A stretch of DNA of 32,000 bases from Dickeya dadantii NCPPB 898 (GCF_000406145.1 NZ_CM001976.1:2468967-2500966); one strand, 5' to 3'; positions 10,056 through 18,486 are shown, numbered from the stretch's first letter. Notes: generated from the letters alone by a model not told the origin. Numbers and translations are program-made.

Positions 10056-13000
10056 TTACTGTTTCGCCAGCGTGATGCCCTGCTGATTCATATGATTGAC
10101 CGCCTGAGAGACTTCCGGATTGGCTTTGGCGATCGCCCCTTCCAGACTGAAGCTGCTTGGGCTGTTCTGGTTCTGACCGTAGCTGAAATTGATCTTGCCC
10201 AGCAGCTTGGTCATGCTGACGTCGGCACTACTGCCGGCGCTGACAATCGGCAGCGGGAACGCCAGCCCTTCCTTGTTTTTCACCGTCTGGGTAAAGTCGA
10301 GCGACTTGATACGCAGGTTGTTGCTGTCACGGAAAATCGCCGCGATGTCATCTTTACCCATCGTATTGTTCTGGATGCCCTGTTCGACTTTCGCCTTCAC
10401 CTCGTCTTTCAGTTCCAGGCTGACGCCGGCGGTGGCGTTGGTCAGCGACTGCATCTTCTGCACCACCGCTTTCAGCGCCGGGTTTTCCTCCATGAAGCCG
10501 TGAATGCGCTCGGCGTTGGTGGGCGGCAGGTTATCGCTGACCAGCTTACGCAGCGCATGGAATATCCCGTTGCTATCCAGTTTCGACAGGTTGGCGTAAG
10601 TGGTGCTGTAGCTGGCGCTGTCCAGCGTTACCCCCTGTTTTTCCGCGGTTTCATGCTGCCGGGTTTTGGTGTGCAGGTCCTTTATTGCACCGTATTGCCC
10701 ATCATCGGCCGGGGTTTTGGCCTCAAAATGCTTGTTCAGTATCGCCAGCTTTTCTCCGGTGTCCGTCAAGTCTTTCACCCCCTTCAACACCTGCTGAGTT
10801 TCCGGATCGGTAAATTTTTTCTCCAGCGACGAAAGCAAACTATCCATATCCCGGTTTTCAACAGGTTGCGCGGCTTTAAGCTGCATACTGATGCTGTGGT
10901 TGGTTTTGGTATCCACCGTCATGGTGACGGAAGCGTTGCTGGTTATCGGCGCGGTCCACGAACCGCTCGGCGTAGGGTTGGTGATACCGGCGAACGCCGT
11001 GGCATTCGCACCCACGTTGACCTGGTTCATGAAGCGCACCCGGTTATTGGTGGTGGCATTCTGCTCGGTGAACTCACCGCGTACCGTGCTGTGCTCATGG
11101 CTGGCCGACATCAGGTTCGCTCCGGCCCCTAAACCGACTGAAAGCCGTCCTGCCGACGTCGGCACTTTGCCTTTTTGCGCCGCGCTGGGTTTATCCGCCA
11201 GGTTGACCTCGGCGCGCGCATCGGCCGTCAGCGCGGCATCCAGATCGAATTTAATCGAGAAGCCCTCTTTAACCCGGTGGTCATTGCCCCTGGTGACCAG
11301 ATCCAACGGATTTACATTGCCATCGATCAGCTTGTCGACAAAACCGGGCAGCTCTTTTTCGCTCAGCGTAAACTTCAGGCCGTTTTGCTGTACGGTTCCC
11401 AACCCGGCGGTGACGCTGCCGCCAAAGCGTACATCCAGCGCCAGCGCGTGTTTTTTATCATCAAAGTCAAAACCTTTCTTGGCGTCATTGGGGGATTGCC
11501 CCGTCGCCACGCCCACCTTGGCGTTCAGCCCGCCGTTACGCCCGAAGTTAACGTCAATGCCGTTATCGCCGCGGCTGAAACTCAAACTGTAGCTACGGTC
11601 CCCCGTCACACCGCCGCTGGGAATAATCGGGAACGTGGTGGCGTGAACCAAAACCCTGGCTTGTTTAGGCACATACGCGGTGCTGGCGCCCGCATTGTAG
11701 CTACGGTTGACGGCCAGACTTTCACCGTTATCCAGCGATAAGACGGTGTCTTTCAGTTTCTTCGCCAGATCGGTTTTATTCTCAGCATCCAATGATTTCT
11801 GTGAGGTCAGGTTCACCGCGCTCTTGTCATTGCCGAACGCCTGGGTAAAGGTTTTCACCGCATCGTAATCGGCTTCCAGCGCGCCGAAACGGGTAAAGCC
11901 CATATCGGTGACCTTTTTCACCTCGTTGCCGCCGTACTGCTGGTCACGCAGCTCGCCGAGCGCCGCCTGAATCGGTTTCAGGTCAGCCGCGGTCGGTTGC
12001 TTGCCGGACAAGGCTTCCAGCTTATCGACAATGCCGTGCAGGCTGCTTGCGGTCATCACATCCAGCGCCAGACGGGATTTGGTCAGCGCCATCGCATCGC
12101 CCAAATCACGGCGCGGCCCGGCCGCCACCTTGTCGCTCTGGTAACTCATATCCAGCTTCTTATCCACGAAGGTGTTCAGCAATTCCCCCGCCTTGCTGTC
12201 TTTGGACAACGGCGCCGCGTTCATCACCGTCGATAACGCCACGCTCAGATCCTTGCCGGAGCGCTTATCATTGATGGATTGCGCTACCGCTTTGAAGGCT
12301 GACGGCTTGAAGTTTTCGTTCACCTCGCCGCTGTTCTTCAACACGCCCTGATGTTTACCCAGCAGGGTCGCGGACTTGGCGGCGCTCATTTCCAGGTCGT
12401 TCTGGAACGATTTCAGCTCCGCCATCAGCGGCTTGCCCGCCTCGCCCAGGTCAAGTTTCTCCATCCGGCTTTGCAGGTCGTCGCGTTTGGGGCTCCAGGT
12501 ATGGGATGACACCGCCTGTTCCAGCTTTTTGAACATCGTCGCCTGCGCGTCATAGACCGATGACAGCCCTTCGCGCCCTTTGATCTGGTGCTGGGCGGCG
12601 TCAACCGGCTTTCTCACCATCTCTTTGGCGGTTTCTTTGACATAAGCGCCGAGGAAGTCGCCGAAGTTACTGTTGAGCTTGTGGCTTTCCATACCGGAGC
12701 GCCCCAGAACCTGCGCCTCCACTTTACCGGTGAGATTCGTCAACGGAATGTGCACCGCCTTGGTGGCGCCGGCCAGTCGGTCATAGGTGGTTTCAGCCGC
12801 ACGAGGCTGCGGGTGGTTGGGCTGCGTATCCGGCACCGCGGTTTTCCAGCCGCTTTGGGTCAGTTGATGCTGCTGATGACCGTCTTCGGAGATCGCCGGT
12901 TCATGGTTTTTGGTGGTGGACAGGTGTTCGGGTTTGACATTGTCAGGCAGCGTCACCGGCTGCCATTGGGCATTGGCGCGCGCTTCGGCGTTACCCTGTA

Positions 13001-14933
13001 ACGCCTGTTTATCCAGTTTGAATAACTGGCCGTCCTTATTCAGGGCAAACAGGTTTTGATCCTTATCCAGCGCCAGATCTTTCACCTCGCCGCTCAAACC
13101 GGCGGTCGGTAACGGCTGGGGCGGCACCGCCGCGCGCTGCAGGCCGGGCTTATTGAGGTGCAATTGCAACTCGCCCTGATCATTGGCGGTGACGAACTTA
13201 TTGCCATCCACCACTGCCAGCGCGGTGGTGCCGCTGTTTTTCTCCAGCCCCGTCAGCGGGTCGCCCGCCGACGGCGAGTTGCGCCCCTGCGTCACGGCAA
13301 ACACGTTATTGTCACCGTGGGTGACGCTGTCCGCCTTTTGGTTGATGGACAGCTTCTTCAACTGCCCTTCATCCAGCACATACGCCTGATTATCCAGCCC
13401 GCGTTTCAACTGGCTGGCGCCGACGTCGGTTTTAGTCCAGCTCTGGGTGGTGCTGTCGAGGTAGTGTACTTTGCCTTCATGCAGCGCCATAGTGCCGAGC
13501 CGCCCCATGTCCATGACATCGTGGGGCTGTGGCCGCACCGCATTTAACCCGGCCTTGTTATCCACCACCAGCGCGTCGCTCAGGTTCCAGCCGGGTTTGA
13601 ACCCTTCGGTTTCCCCCGGTTTGCTGCCGTCGGCCAGCGGCGCCAGATGCTTCTGGCCGGCGGCGTCGTTGACCAGCGCGTGCATGGTGCCGTGCTCGCC
13701 CGCCACAAACCCCTGCACCTTGTGATTCTCGCCAAACGCCGCCTCCAGCGCCGGACTGTGGTACGGTTCAAGTTTGACGGCGTTACCGCCGTCCTGCGGC
13801 AGTTTGCCGGCGAAAACCTTGCCTTCGTCATCGGCGACAAACAGCCGATTGCCCTCCAGCCCGACCGCTTTGGCGTTCACCTGCTCACTGCCGCGCGTCA
13901 GCGCCACCTGACCGTCCAGTTTCAGGTCGAGGGTTTGGCGATCCGCCGCAGGTGCATCCGCTTTCGGCAACAGATGAATCTGCGCAGTGTTGTCCTCTTT
14001 TTCGGTCAGTACCGCCACATTGCCCTGCGCATTGGCCGAAAACGACTTGATTTTGTCGGCAAACGGCGCCGAATCGTGCCCCGCCGACAGGTTGGTCAGC
14101 GTCTTATCATCCTTGACGGCATACAGCTTGCCATCCGCCTGTCCGGCAAGCTGACTGTGCGGGGTGTCGCTTTTCTTCTCCCATACCTGGTCGGCGTTCA
14201 GGCTATAAAGCGCCTTGTCATGTATTTGCAGTTTTTCATTGCCGTGCGCCGGGTCGGTATGCACTCCGGTCAACTGCGCCTGCGCGGCCTGACCGGGCTG
14301 CGGCAGGTTGATGGTGTTGACGCCGTTACGATTGACGATCGACGCGCGTACGTGGGTGTCGTCCATCCCCAGCGTGTAGCTGGCCTGATTCTTGCCCGAC
14401 AGCGCCTCGCCGGCTTTGGCGGCCTGCGTCGGCGTACTGGTGTGCAACGCCACCAGACTGTCGCCGGACTGTTGCAGGCTGAACAGGCGGCCGCTTTTGT
14501 CCATGAGTACATGCTGGCTGCCGTCTTCCGAGGCCTGATGCGCCACAAACGGCAGGCTGTTTTTGCCTATCGTCTGTGACAACAGCGTTTTCAGGTGATC
14601 GGGCACCCCATCGCCCAGCGTAAGCTGGCCCTTTTTATCCAGCGACACCTGATCTTTCGCCGGTGCGGGCGACAGAGCACGGTCGATAGCCGACTGCATG
14701 TCCTTCAGATTGGGAGAGCGGCCAATCTGCGCGCCTTCGTTTTTTGGCAACGACGGTTGCTGACTGACCGACGTCATCCTGGCCTGCATTCCTTCCCGCT
14801 GCAACGACGTCGAGGAGGACTGCCCGGACACCGACGCACTGCCTTGCGTCAGAGCATGAGTTGCTTTCGCGGCGGCGGGCTGTGTGTCCATCACCGATTG
14901 CTGACGCTGAATATGATTGATATTGCCCAACAT
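10056..14933 (-). CDS. dspE: AvrE-family type III effector DspE/DspA (1625 aa with corrected start)
   Basis: Long collinear similarity to E. amylovora DspE as I recall it: 'LKTLLSQTIGK', 'HQASEDGSQHVLMDKSGRLF', 'HSQLAGQADGKLYAVKDDKTL', 'GWNLSDALVVDN', 'ALTKSRLALD', 'NNRVRFMNQV', 'INFSYGQNQNSPSSFSLEGAIAKANPEV'. The track start at 14990 lies inside the hrp-box promoter. The ATG at 14933 (MLGNINH...) has a GGGAGAAGG RBS. Confidence 0.93.
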   Translation of the reverse strand: MLGNINHIQRQQSVMDTQPAAAKATHALTQGSASVSGQSSSTSLQREGMQARMTSVSQQPSLPKNEGAQIGRSPNLKDMQSAIDRALSPAPAKDQVSLDKKGQLTLGDGVPDHLKTLLSQTIGKNSLPFVAHQASEDGSQHVLMDKSGRLFSLQQSGDSLVALHTSTPTQAAKAGEALSGKNQASYTLGMDDTHVRASIVNRNGVNTINLPQPGQAAQAQLTGVHTDPAHGNEKLQIHDKALYSLNADQVWEKKSDTPHSQLAGQADGKLYAVKDDKTLTNLSAGHDSAPFADKIKSFSANAQGNVAVLTEKEDNTAQIHLLPKADAPAADRQTLDLKLDGQVALTRGSEQVNAKAVGLEGNRLFVADDEGKVFAGKLPQDGGNAVKLEPYHSPALEAAFGENHKVQGFVAGEHGTMHALVNDAAGQKHLAPLADGSKPGETEGFKPGWNLSDALVVDNKAGLNAVRPQPHDVMDMGRLGTMALHEGKVHYLDSTTQSWTKTDVGASQLKRGLDNQAYVLDEGQLKKLSINQKADSVTHGDNNVFAVTQGRNSPSAGDPLTGLEKNSGTTALAVVDGNKFVTANDQGELQLHLNKPGLQRAAVPPQPLPTAGLSGEVKDLALDKDQNLFALNKDGQLFKLDKQALQGNAEARANAQWQPVTLPDNVKPEHLSTTKNHEPAISEDGHQQHQLTQSGWKTAVPDTQPNHPQPRAAETTYDRLAGATKAVHIPLTNLTGKVEAQVLGRSGMESHKLNSNFGDFLGAYVKETAKEMVRKPVDAAQHQIKGREGLSSVYDAQATMFKKLEQAVSSHTWSPKRDDLQSRMEKLDLGEAGKPLMAELKSFQNDLEMSAAKSATLLGKHQGVLKNSGEVNENFKPSAFKAVAQSINDKRSGKDLSVALSTVMNAAPLSKDSKAGELLNTFVDKKLDMSYQSDKVAAGPRRDLGDAMALTKSRLALDVMTASSLHGIVDKLEALSGKQPTAADLKPIQAALGELRDQQYGGNEVKKVTDMGFTRFGALEADYDAVKTFTQAFGNDKSAVNLTSQKSLDAENKTDLAKKLKDTVLSLDNGESLAVNRSYNAGASTAYVPKQARVLVHATTFPIIPSGGVTGDRSYSLSFSRGDNGIDVNFGRNGGLNAKVGVATGQSPNDAKKGFDFDDKKHALALDVRFGGSVTAGLGTVQQNGLKFTLSEKELPGFVDKLIDGNVNPLDLVTRGNDHRVKEGFSIKFDLDAALTADARAEVNLADKPSAAQKGKVPTSAGRLSVGLGAGANLMSASHEHSTVRGEFTEQNATTNNRVRFMNQVNVGANATAFAGITNPTPSGSWTAPITSNASVTMTVDTKTNHSISMQLKAAQPVENRDMDSLLSSLEKKFTDPETQQVLKGVKDLTDTGEKLAILNKHFEAKTPADDGQYGAIKDLHTKTRQHETAEKQGVTLDSASYSTTYANLSKLDSNGIFHALRKLVSDNLPPTNAERIHGFMEENPALKAVVQKMQSLTNATAGVSLELKDEVKAKVEQGIQNNTMGKDDIAAIFRDSNNLRIKSLDFTQTVKNKEGLAFPLPIVSAGSSADVSMTKLLGKINFSYGQNQNSPSSFSLEGAIAKANPEVSQAVNHMNQQGITLAKQ

Positions 14934-14975
14934 TGGCCTTCTCCCGTGTGCTGGATAAATGGGGGTTATGACTGC

Positions 14976-15003
14976 TGAGTGGTATGCCACCGCCGCCGGT
15001 TCC
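14976..15003 (-). promoter_or_regulatory. HrpL-dependent hrp-box promoter of dspE-dspF
   Basis: The minus strand reads GGAACC-N15-CCACTCA. On the plus strand this is TGAGTGG at 14976-14982, a 15-nt spacer, and GGTTCC at 14998-15003. This is an exact match to the GGAACC-N15/16-CCACNNA consensus, about 43 nt upstream of the ATG at 14933. Confidence 0.82.
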
Positions 15004-15046
15004 CGTCCGCCGCGGAATTTCTTTGCGGCTGCGCCGATAACGGCGC

Positions 15047-15074
15047 GGAACCGCCGCCGCGCTTTTCTTACTCA
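15047..15074 (+). promoter_or_regulatory. Probable (imperfect) hrp-box promoter of the first harpin gene
   Basis: GGAACC (15047-15052), N15, then TTACTCA (15068-15074). The -35-like half is perfect; the -10-like half reads TTAC instead of CCAC. It lies about 80 nt upstream of the ATG at 15156 and back-to-back with the dspE box. A 9-bp hairpin (15105-15113/15120-15128) sits in the presumed 5' UTR. Confidence 0.5.
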
Positions 15075-15155
15075 GCAAACAGCGGGCATTTGCCGTGCTG
15101 ACACACGCCCGTTTTCCATAACGGGCGTCCACATCCTGATGAAAAGAGGCGAACT

Positions 15156-16202
15156 ATGGCTGATATCAACATCACGCTCAGTATTCCCAGTGCCGGCATG
15201 AACGGCGGACTGGGGGGCGTTGGCGGCGCAGACAATCTGAATAGCGGTTTGGGCAATAACGGGCTTTCCGGCAAAAAATCGACTGCGCAGGAAAATCAAC
15301 TGCTGGAGGCGCTGGCGGTGGTCCTGACCGCCCTGCTGCCCAATCTGTTGAATAACAACGGCGGTCAGGGCGGCGACAGTCCGCTCGGCCGCAGCAGCGA
15401 TGCGCTCGGTGGCGGCGGCGCAGGCAACGCGCTCGGGGGCGGTCAGGGCAATGGGTTAGGCGGCGGGCTGGACAATGGTCTGGGAAGCGGCTCGGGCGGA
15501 CTGGGCGGTGGGCTCGGGTCGAGCGGCGGTCAGGGCCAGAACGGGTTGACCGACATTCTGACCAAACTGCTGGATATGCTGATGCCGAAAGACGGGGCGC
15601 AAAGCGGCCAGGGCAATGGTCTGGGCGGCGGTCTGGGCGGTGCCGGCGGCAGCGGTGGGGCTTCCGGTGCGCAGGGTGCCGAGGGCGCATCCGGCGCTGG
15701 CGGTGCGAGCGGCACCGGCGGACTGGAGGACCTCAGTAAATCGCTGTTGCAGGATACCGGCGAAAGCAGCCTCGGCAACGGCATTTCCCCGACGCAGGAC
15801 GGCGGCGGTCAGATCAGTGACAACCCGTTGTTGAAAATCCTGCTGGCGCTGGTGGCGCTGCTGATGGAAAGCCAGAAAAACCAGTTCGGCCAGCCGCAAG
15901 GCGGGTCGGGCGGCGGCAACGGCTCCGGCGCCGCCGCTCCGGTTTCCGGTGGCGGTGCCGGCGGCGGTTCCGCACCCGGCGTTGGCAACGCGACCAGCGC
16001 GGCGCCTGCCGTTGGCGGCGGTGCAGCCCCCATCCTCAGCGGTGCCGCCCCTGAAACCGGCGGTATCGCCGCGGCAGGAGCCAGTAATAACGCCGGCGAA
16101 CTGGCTGACGGCAAAGGGCAACCTGGCGCGGGTGGCAATCAGCCCGGCCTGACGCCTGCGCCGGATGCCGTTGGCGCCGATACCGGGAAAGCCACGGTTT
16201 AA
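15156..16202 (+). CDS. HrpW-family harpin paralog, harpin domain only (no pectate-lyase domain)
   Basis: 348-aa Gly-rich, Cys-free ORF with an AAGAGG RBS 6 nt upstream. 'NGISPTQDGGGQISDNPLLKILLALVALLMESQKNQFGQPQ' matches the harpin block of E. amylovora HrpW as I recall it. It aligns along its harpin module with the N-terminal half of the downstream hrpW. Confidence 0.85.
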   Translation: MADINITLSIPSAGMNGGLGGVGGADNLNSGLGNNGLSGKKSTAQENQLLEALAVVLTALLPNLLNNNGGQGGDSPLGRSSDALGGGGAGNALGGGQGNGLGGGLDNGLGSGSGGLGGGLGSSGGQGQNGLTDILTKLLDMLMPKDGAQSGQGNGLGGGLGGAGGSGGASGAQGAEGASGAGGASGTGGLEDLSKSLLQDTGESSLGNGISPTQDGGGQISDNPLLKILLALVALLMESQKNQFGQPQGGSGGGNGSGAAAPVSGGGAGGGSAPGVGNATSAAPAVGGGAAPILSGAAPETGGIAAAGASNNAGELADGKGQPGAGGNQPGLTPAPDAVGADTGKATV

Positions 16203-16235
16203 CCATCCCATGCGCCTGATCGTTATCCATCTCGT

Positions 16236-16263
16236 GGAACTTATCAGGCGCTTCTTTCACTTA
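16236..16263 (+). promoter_or_regulatory. Degenerate hrp-box-like motif upstream of hrpW
   Basis: GGAACT (16236-16241), N15, then TCACTTA (16257-16263). This fits only the looser GGAACY...YCACNNA form and has mismatches to the strict consensus. Confidence 0.3.
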
Positions 16264-16271
16264 TCTTATGG

Positions 16272-16293
16272 CAGGCAGGGGTCTGCCTGTTTT
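16272..16293 (+). terminator. Hairpin plus T4: terminator/attenuator between the two harpin genes
   Basis: A 7-bp stem pairs 'caggcag' (16272-16278) with 'ctgcctg' (16283-16289) around the loop 'gggt', followed by tttt. It lies 70 nt after the first harpin's stop and 38 nt before the hrpW ATG. Confidence 0.5.
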
Positions 16294-16330
16294 GGGAACG
16301 GCATCTCATCTTTGGGTAAAGAGGCAAATT

Positions 16331-18061
16331 ATGGCTGACATCAGTATCACACTCAGTATCCCCAACGCAGGCCTGCAAGGCGGACTGGGCGGTTTGGGCG
16401 GCGCGGACCGTACCAGCAACAGCGGGCTGGGCAATAACGGGCTTTCCGGTAATAAATCCTCTTCGCAGGACACCAAATTACTGGAAGCGCTGGCGATCGT
16501 TCTGACTGCCCTGCTGAGCAACAACGGCGGTACGCAAGGCAGCGGCAATAATCCGCTGGAGCGCAGCAACGACGCGATCGGCGGCAACAGCGGCGCCGGC
16601 GGTGCGCAAAACGGCGGTCTGGGTAACAATCAGGGGCTGGGCGGCGGACAACAGGGTCAGAATGGCCTGGGCGATATTCTGACTAAATTGATGGATATCC
16701 TCATGCCGAAAAACGGCGCGCAGGGCGGTCAGGGACTGCAAGGCAACGGACAGGGCGGCGGTACGAGCGGCAACGGCGGACTTTCCGGCGCGCCGGGCGC
16801 GGGCGGCGCCCAGGGAGCCGGTGGGGCACAGGGAGCCGGTGGAGCACAGGGCACAGGCGGCACATCCGACCTGGAAGGTCTTGGCAAATCGCTGCTGCAG
16901 GATAGCGGCGAAAGCGCGCTCAGCAACGGCATCTCCCCTACCCAGGATGGCGGCGGCCAAATCAGCGACAATCCGTTGCTGAAAATCCTGATGGCGCTGA
17001 TCGCCATGCTGATGGAAAACCAGAAAAACCAATTTGGTCAGCCGCAGGACGGCGCGGCCGGCAATAACGGCGGTGGCGCAGCTCCATCGGTTGGTGGTGG
17101 TGCCGGTGGCGGTGCAGCGCCGTCAGTGGGCGGTGGCGCCGGTGGCGGTGCAGCGCCGTCAGTGGGCGGTGGTGCCGGTGGTGGTGCAGCGCCGTCAGTG
17201 GGCGGTGGCGCCGGCGGCGGTGCAGCGCCGTCAGTGGGCGGCGGTGCCGGTGGCGGTGCAGCGCCGTCAGTGGGCGGCGGCGCCGGTGGTGGCGCAGCGC
17301 CGTCAGTGGGCGGCGGCACCGGTGGTGGCGCAGCGCCGTCAGTGGGCGGCGGCTCCACGCCAACCGTCGGTGGGGGTAGTGCCGCCAGCGCGGCAGGCGA
17401 TACCAACAGCGCAGCATCCACCGGTAGCGCCGGTAAAGCAGGTCCGGTGTCTTTCCCCACCGCGGATAATGCCAACGCTATCGTAGTCAATGAGCCGATC
17501 AAGGTTGGTCCGGGCGAAGTGTTTGACGGTAAAGGTAAAACCTACGTTGCCGGCCCGGCATTAGGCGATGGCGGCCAGAAAGAAGGCCAGAAACCGCTGT
17601 TTGAAGTAGCTGACGGCGGTTCCGTCAAAAACGTGATTTTCGGCAACAACGCGGCTGACGGTATCCACCTGCACGGCGACGCCAAAATCGACAACGTACA
17701 CTGGACCAACGTCGGTGAAGACGCGCTGACGGTGAAGAGCAACACCGGCAAACCGGCCAACGTCTCCATCACCAACAGCAGCGCACAGGGCGCCTCTGAT
17801 AAGGTGTTCCAGTTGAATGCCGACGCTAACTTCAACGTCGATAACTTCAAGGCGAAAGATTTCGGTACCTTCGTTCGCACCAATGGCGGTCAGCAGGGTA
17901 ACTGGAACCTCAACCTGAGCAACATCGATGCACAGAACGGCAAGTTCTCATTTGTGAAAAGCGACAGCGAAGGGCTGAACGTGAAGGTTAACAACGCCAA
18001 TCTGGATAACGTCAACAATCACTACAAAGTCCCCAAATCCACCAACCTGCAAGTAAGCTGA
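16331..18061 (+). CDS. hrpW: HrpW: harpin domain fused to a class-3 pectate-lyase-like domain (576 aa)
   Basis: The start at 16331 (MADISITLSIP...) has the same AAGAGG-N6-ATG context as the upstream paralog; the track start at 16268 is an unsupported extension. The C-terminal half closely matches the Pel-like domain of E. amylovora HrpW as I recall it: 'VFDGKGKTYVAGPALGDGGQKEGQKPLFEV', 'ADGIHLHGDAKIDNVHWTNVGEDALTVK', 'KDFGTFVRTNGGQQGNWNLNLS', 'GKFSFVKSDSEGLNV', 'NHYKVP'. Confidence 0.92.
   Translation: MADISITLSIPNAGLQGGLGGLGGADRTSNSGLGNNGLSGNKSSSQDTKLLEALAIVLTALLSNNGGTQGSGNNPLERSNDAIGGNSGAGGAQNGGLGNNQGLGGGQQGQNGLGDILTKLMDILMPKNGAQGGQGLQGNGQGGGTSGNGGLSGAPGAGGAQGAGGAQGAGGAQGTGGTSDLEGLGKSLLQDSGESALSNGISPTQDGGGQISDNPLLKILMALIAMLMENQKNQFGQPQDGAAGNNGGGAAPSVGGGAGGGAAPSVGGGAGGGAAPSVGGGAGGGAAPSVGGGAGGGAAPSVGGGAGGGAAPSVGGGAGGGAAPSVGGGTGGGAAPSVGGGSTPTVGGGSAASAAGDTNSAASTGSAGKAGPVSFPTADNANAIVVNEPIKVGPGEVFDGKGKTYVAGPALGDGGQKEGQKPLFEVADGGSVKNVIFGNNAADGIHLHGDAKIDNVHWTNVGEDALTVKSNTGKPANVSITNSSAQGASDKVFQLNADANFNVDNFKAKDFGTFVRTNGGQQGNWNLNLSNIDAQNGKFSFVKSDSEGLNVKVNNANLDNVNNHYKVPKSTNLQVS
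17078..17353 (+). repeat. In-frame 36-bp tandem repeat, about 8 copies, in the hrpW linker
   Basis: Units begin at 17078, 17114, 17150, 17186, 17222, 17258, 17294 and 17330. Each encodes AAPSVGGG(A/T)GGG, with mostly third-position variation between units. The last unit diverges into STPTVGGGS. Confidence 0.95.
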
Positions 18062-18074
18062 CAGGAAGCACACC

Positions 18075-18407
18075 ATGACCGAGCATGATACCGACCTCCC
18101 TACCCGCTGGACCGATTTGGTCGATCAGGGTGGGTATATCACGCCAGCGCAGCGTCAGGCATTCGAGCAGGCCATTCAGATGGTGACCCGGCGTCTCAAT
18201 CTGGTGTTGAGCCAGAAAGAACTGCCGCGCAGCGGCCAGTTCGATTTCGATGCCTTTGTCGATTCACTGGAAGCCGATTTTCTGAAAAGCGTGGATACTT
18301 CGCTGAATCCGGAAATGAACAGCGACGTGGGACAGACGGCGTTCTGGGTAATTCGCCAGATAGCGGACCACCTGATCGCCCTGCAACAGCAGCGGCATGC
18401 GTTGTAG
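18075..18407 (+). CDS. Small acidic hypothetical protein co-transcribed with hrpW (candidate T3SS chaperone or helper)
   Basis: 110-aa ORF starting 13 nt after the hrpW stop, with an AGGAAG RBS. It has many more D/E than K/R, no signal peptide, and a strong terminator immediately downstream. I recognise no family. Confidence 0.6.
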   Translation: MTEHDTDLPTRWTDLVDQGGYITPAQRQAFEQAIQMVTRRLNLVLSQKELPRSGQFDFDAFVDSLEADFLKSVDTSLNPEMNSDVGQTAFWVIRQIADHLIALQQQRHAL

Positions 18408-18431
18408 CTTACCGACATTACCCTCATCACA

Positions 18432-18457
18432 AGCCAGCGCCAGACGCTGGCTTTTTT
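18432..18457 (+). terminator. Rho-independent terminator of the hrpW operon
   Basis: An 8-bp stem pairs 'agccagcg' (18432-18439) with 'cgctggct' (18445-18452) around a 5-nt loop, followed by a T6 run. Confidence 0.8.
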
Positions 18458-18486
18458 ATGCCTCGGGTTCGGCGGCCTGTTTCAGC

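Noticed and set aside
10092-14978. Plus-strand ORFs of 100-346 aa antisense to dspE (10092-11132, 11175-11741, 13647-14579, 14595-14978)
   Set aside because: dspE homology is continuous on the minus strand. These ORFs have no RBS or recognisable motifs.
14934-14990. N-terminal 19-codon extension of dspE given by the ORF track
   Set aside because: The extension contains the -10-like half of the hrp-box promoter (14976-14982), so it cannot be translated from that promoter. The ATG at 14933 has a good RBS.
16268-16330. 21-codon upstream extension of hrpW (track start at 16268)
   Set aside because: It would begin inside the terminator hairpin. The ATG at 16331 reproduces the RBS and N-terminus of the upstream paralog.
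15178-17502. Minus-strand ORFs antisense to the harpin genes, including the Pro-rich repeat ORF 17038-17502 (APPPTDGAAPPP...)
   Set aside because: They are mirror images of the Gly-rich sense frames. The sense frames have RBSs, hrp-box promoters and continuity into a recognisable pectate-lyase domain.
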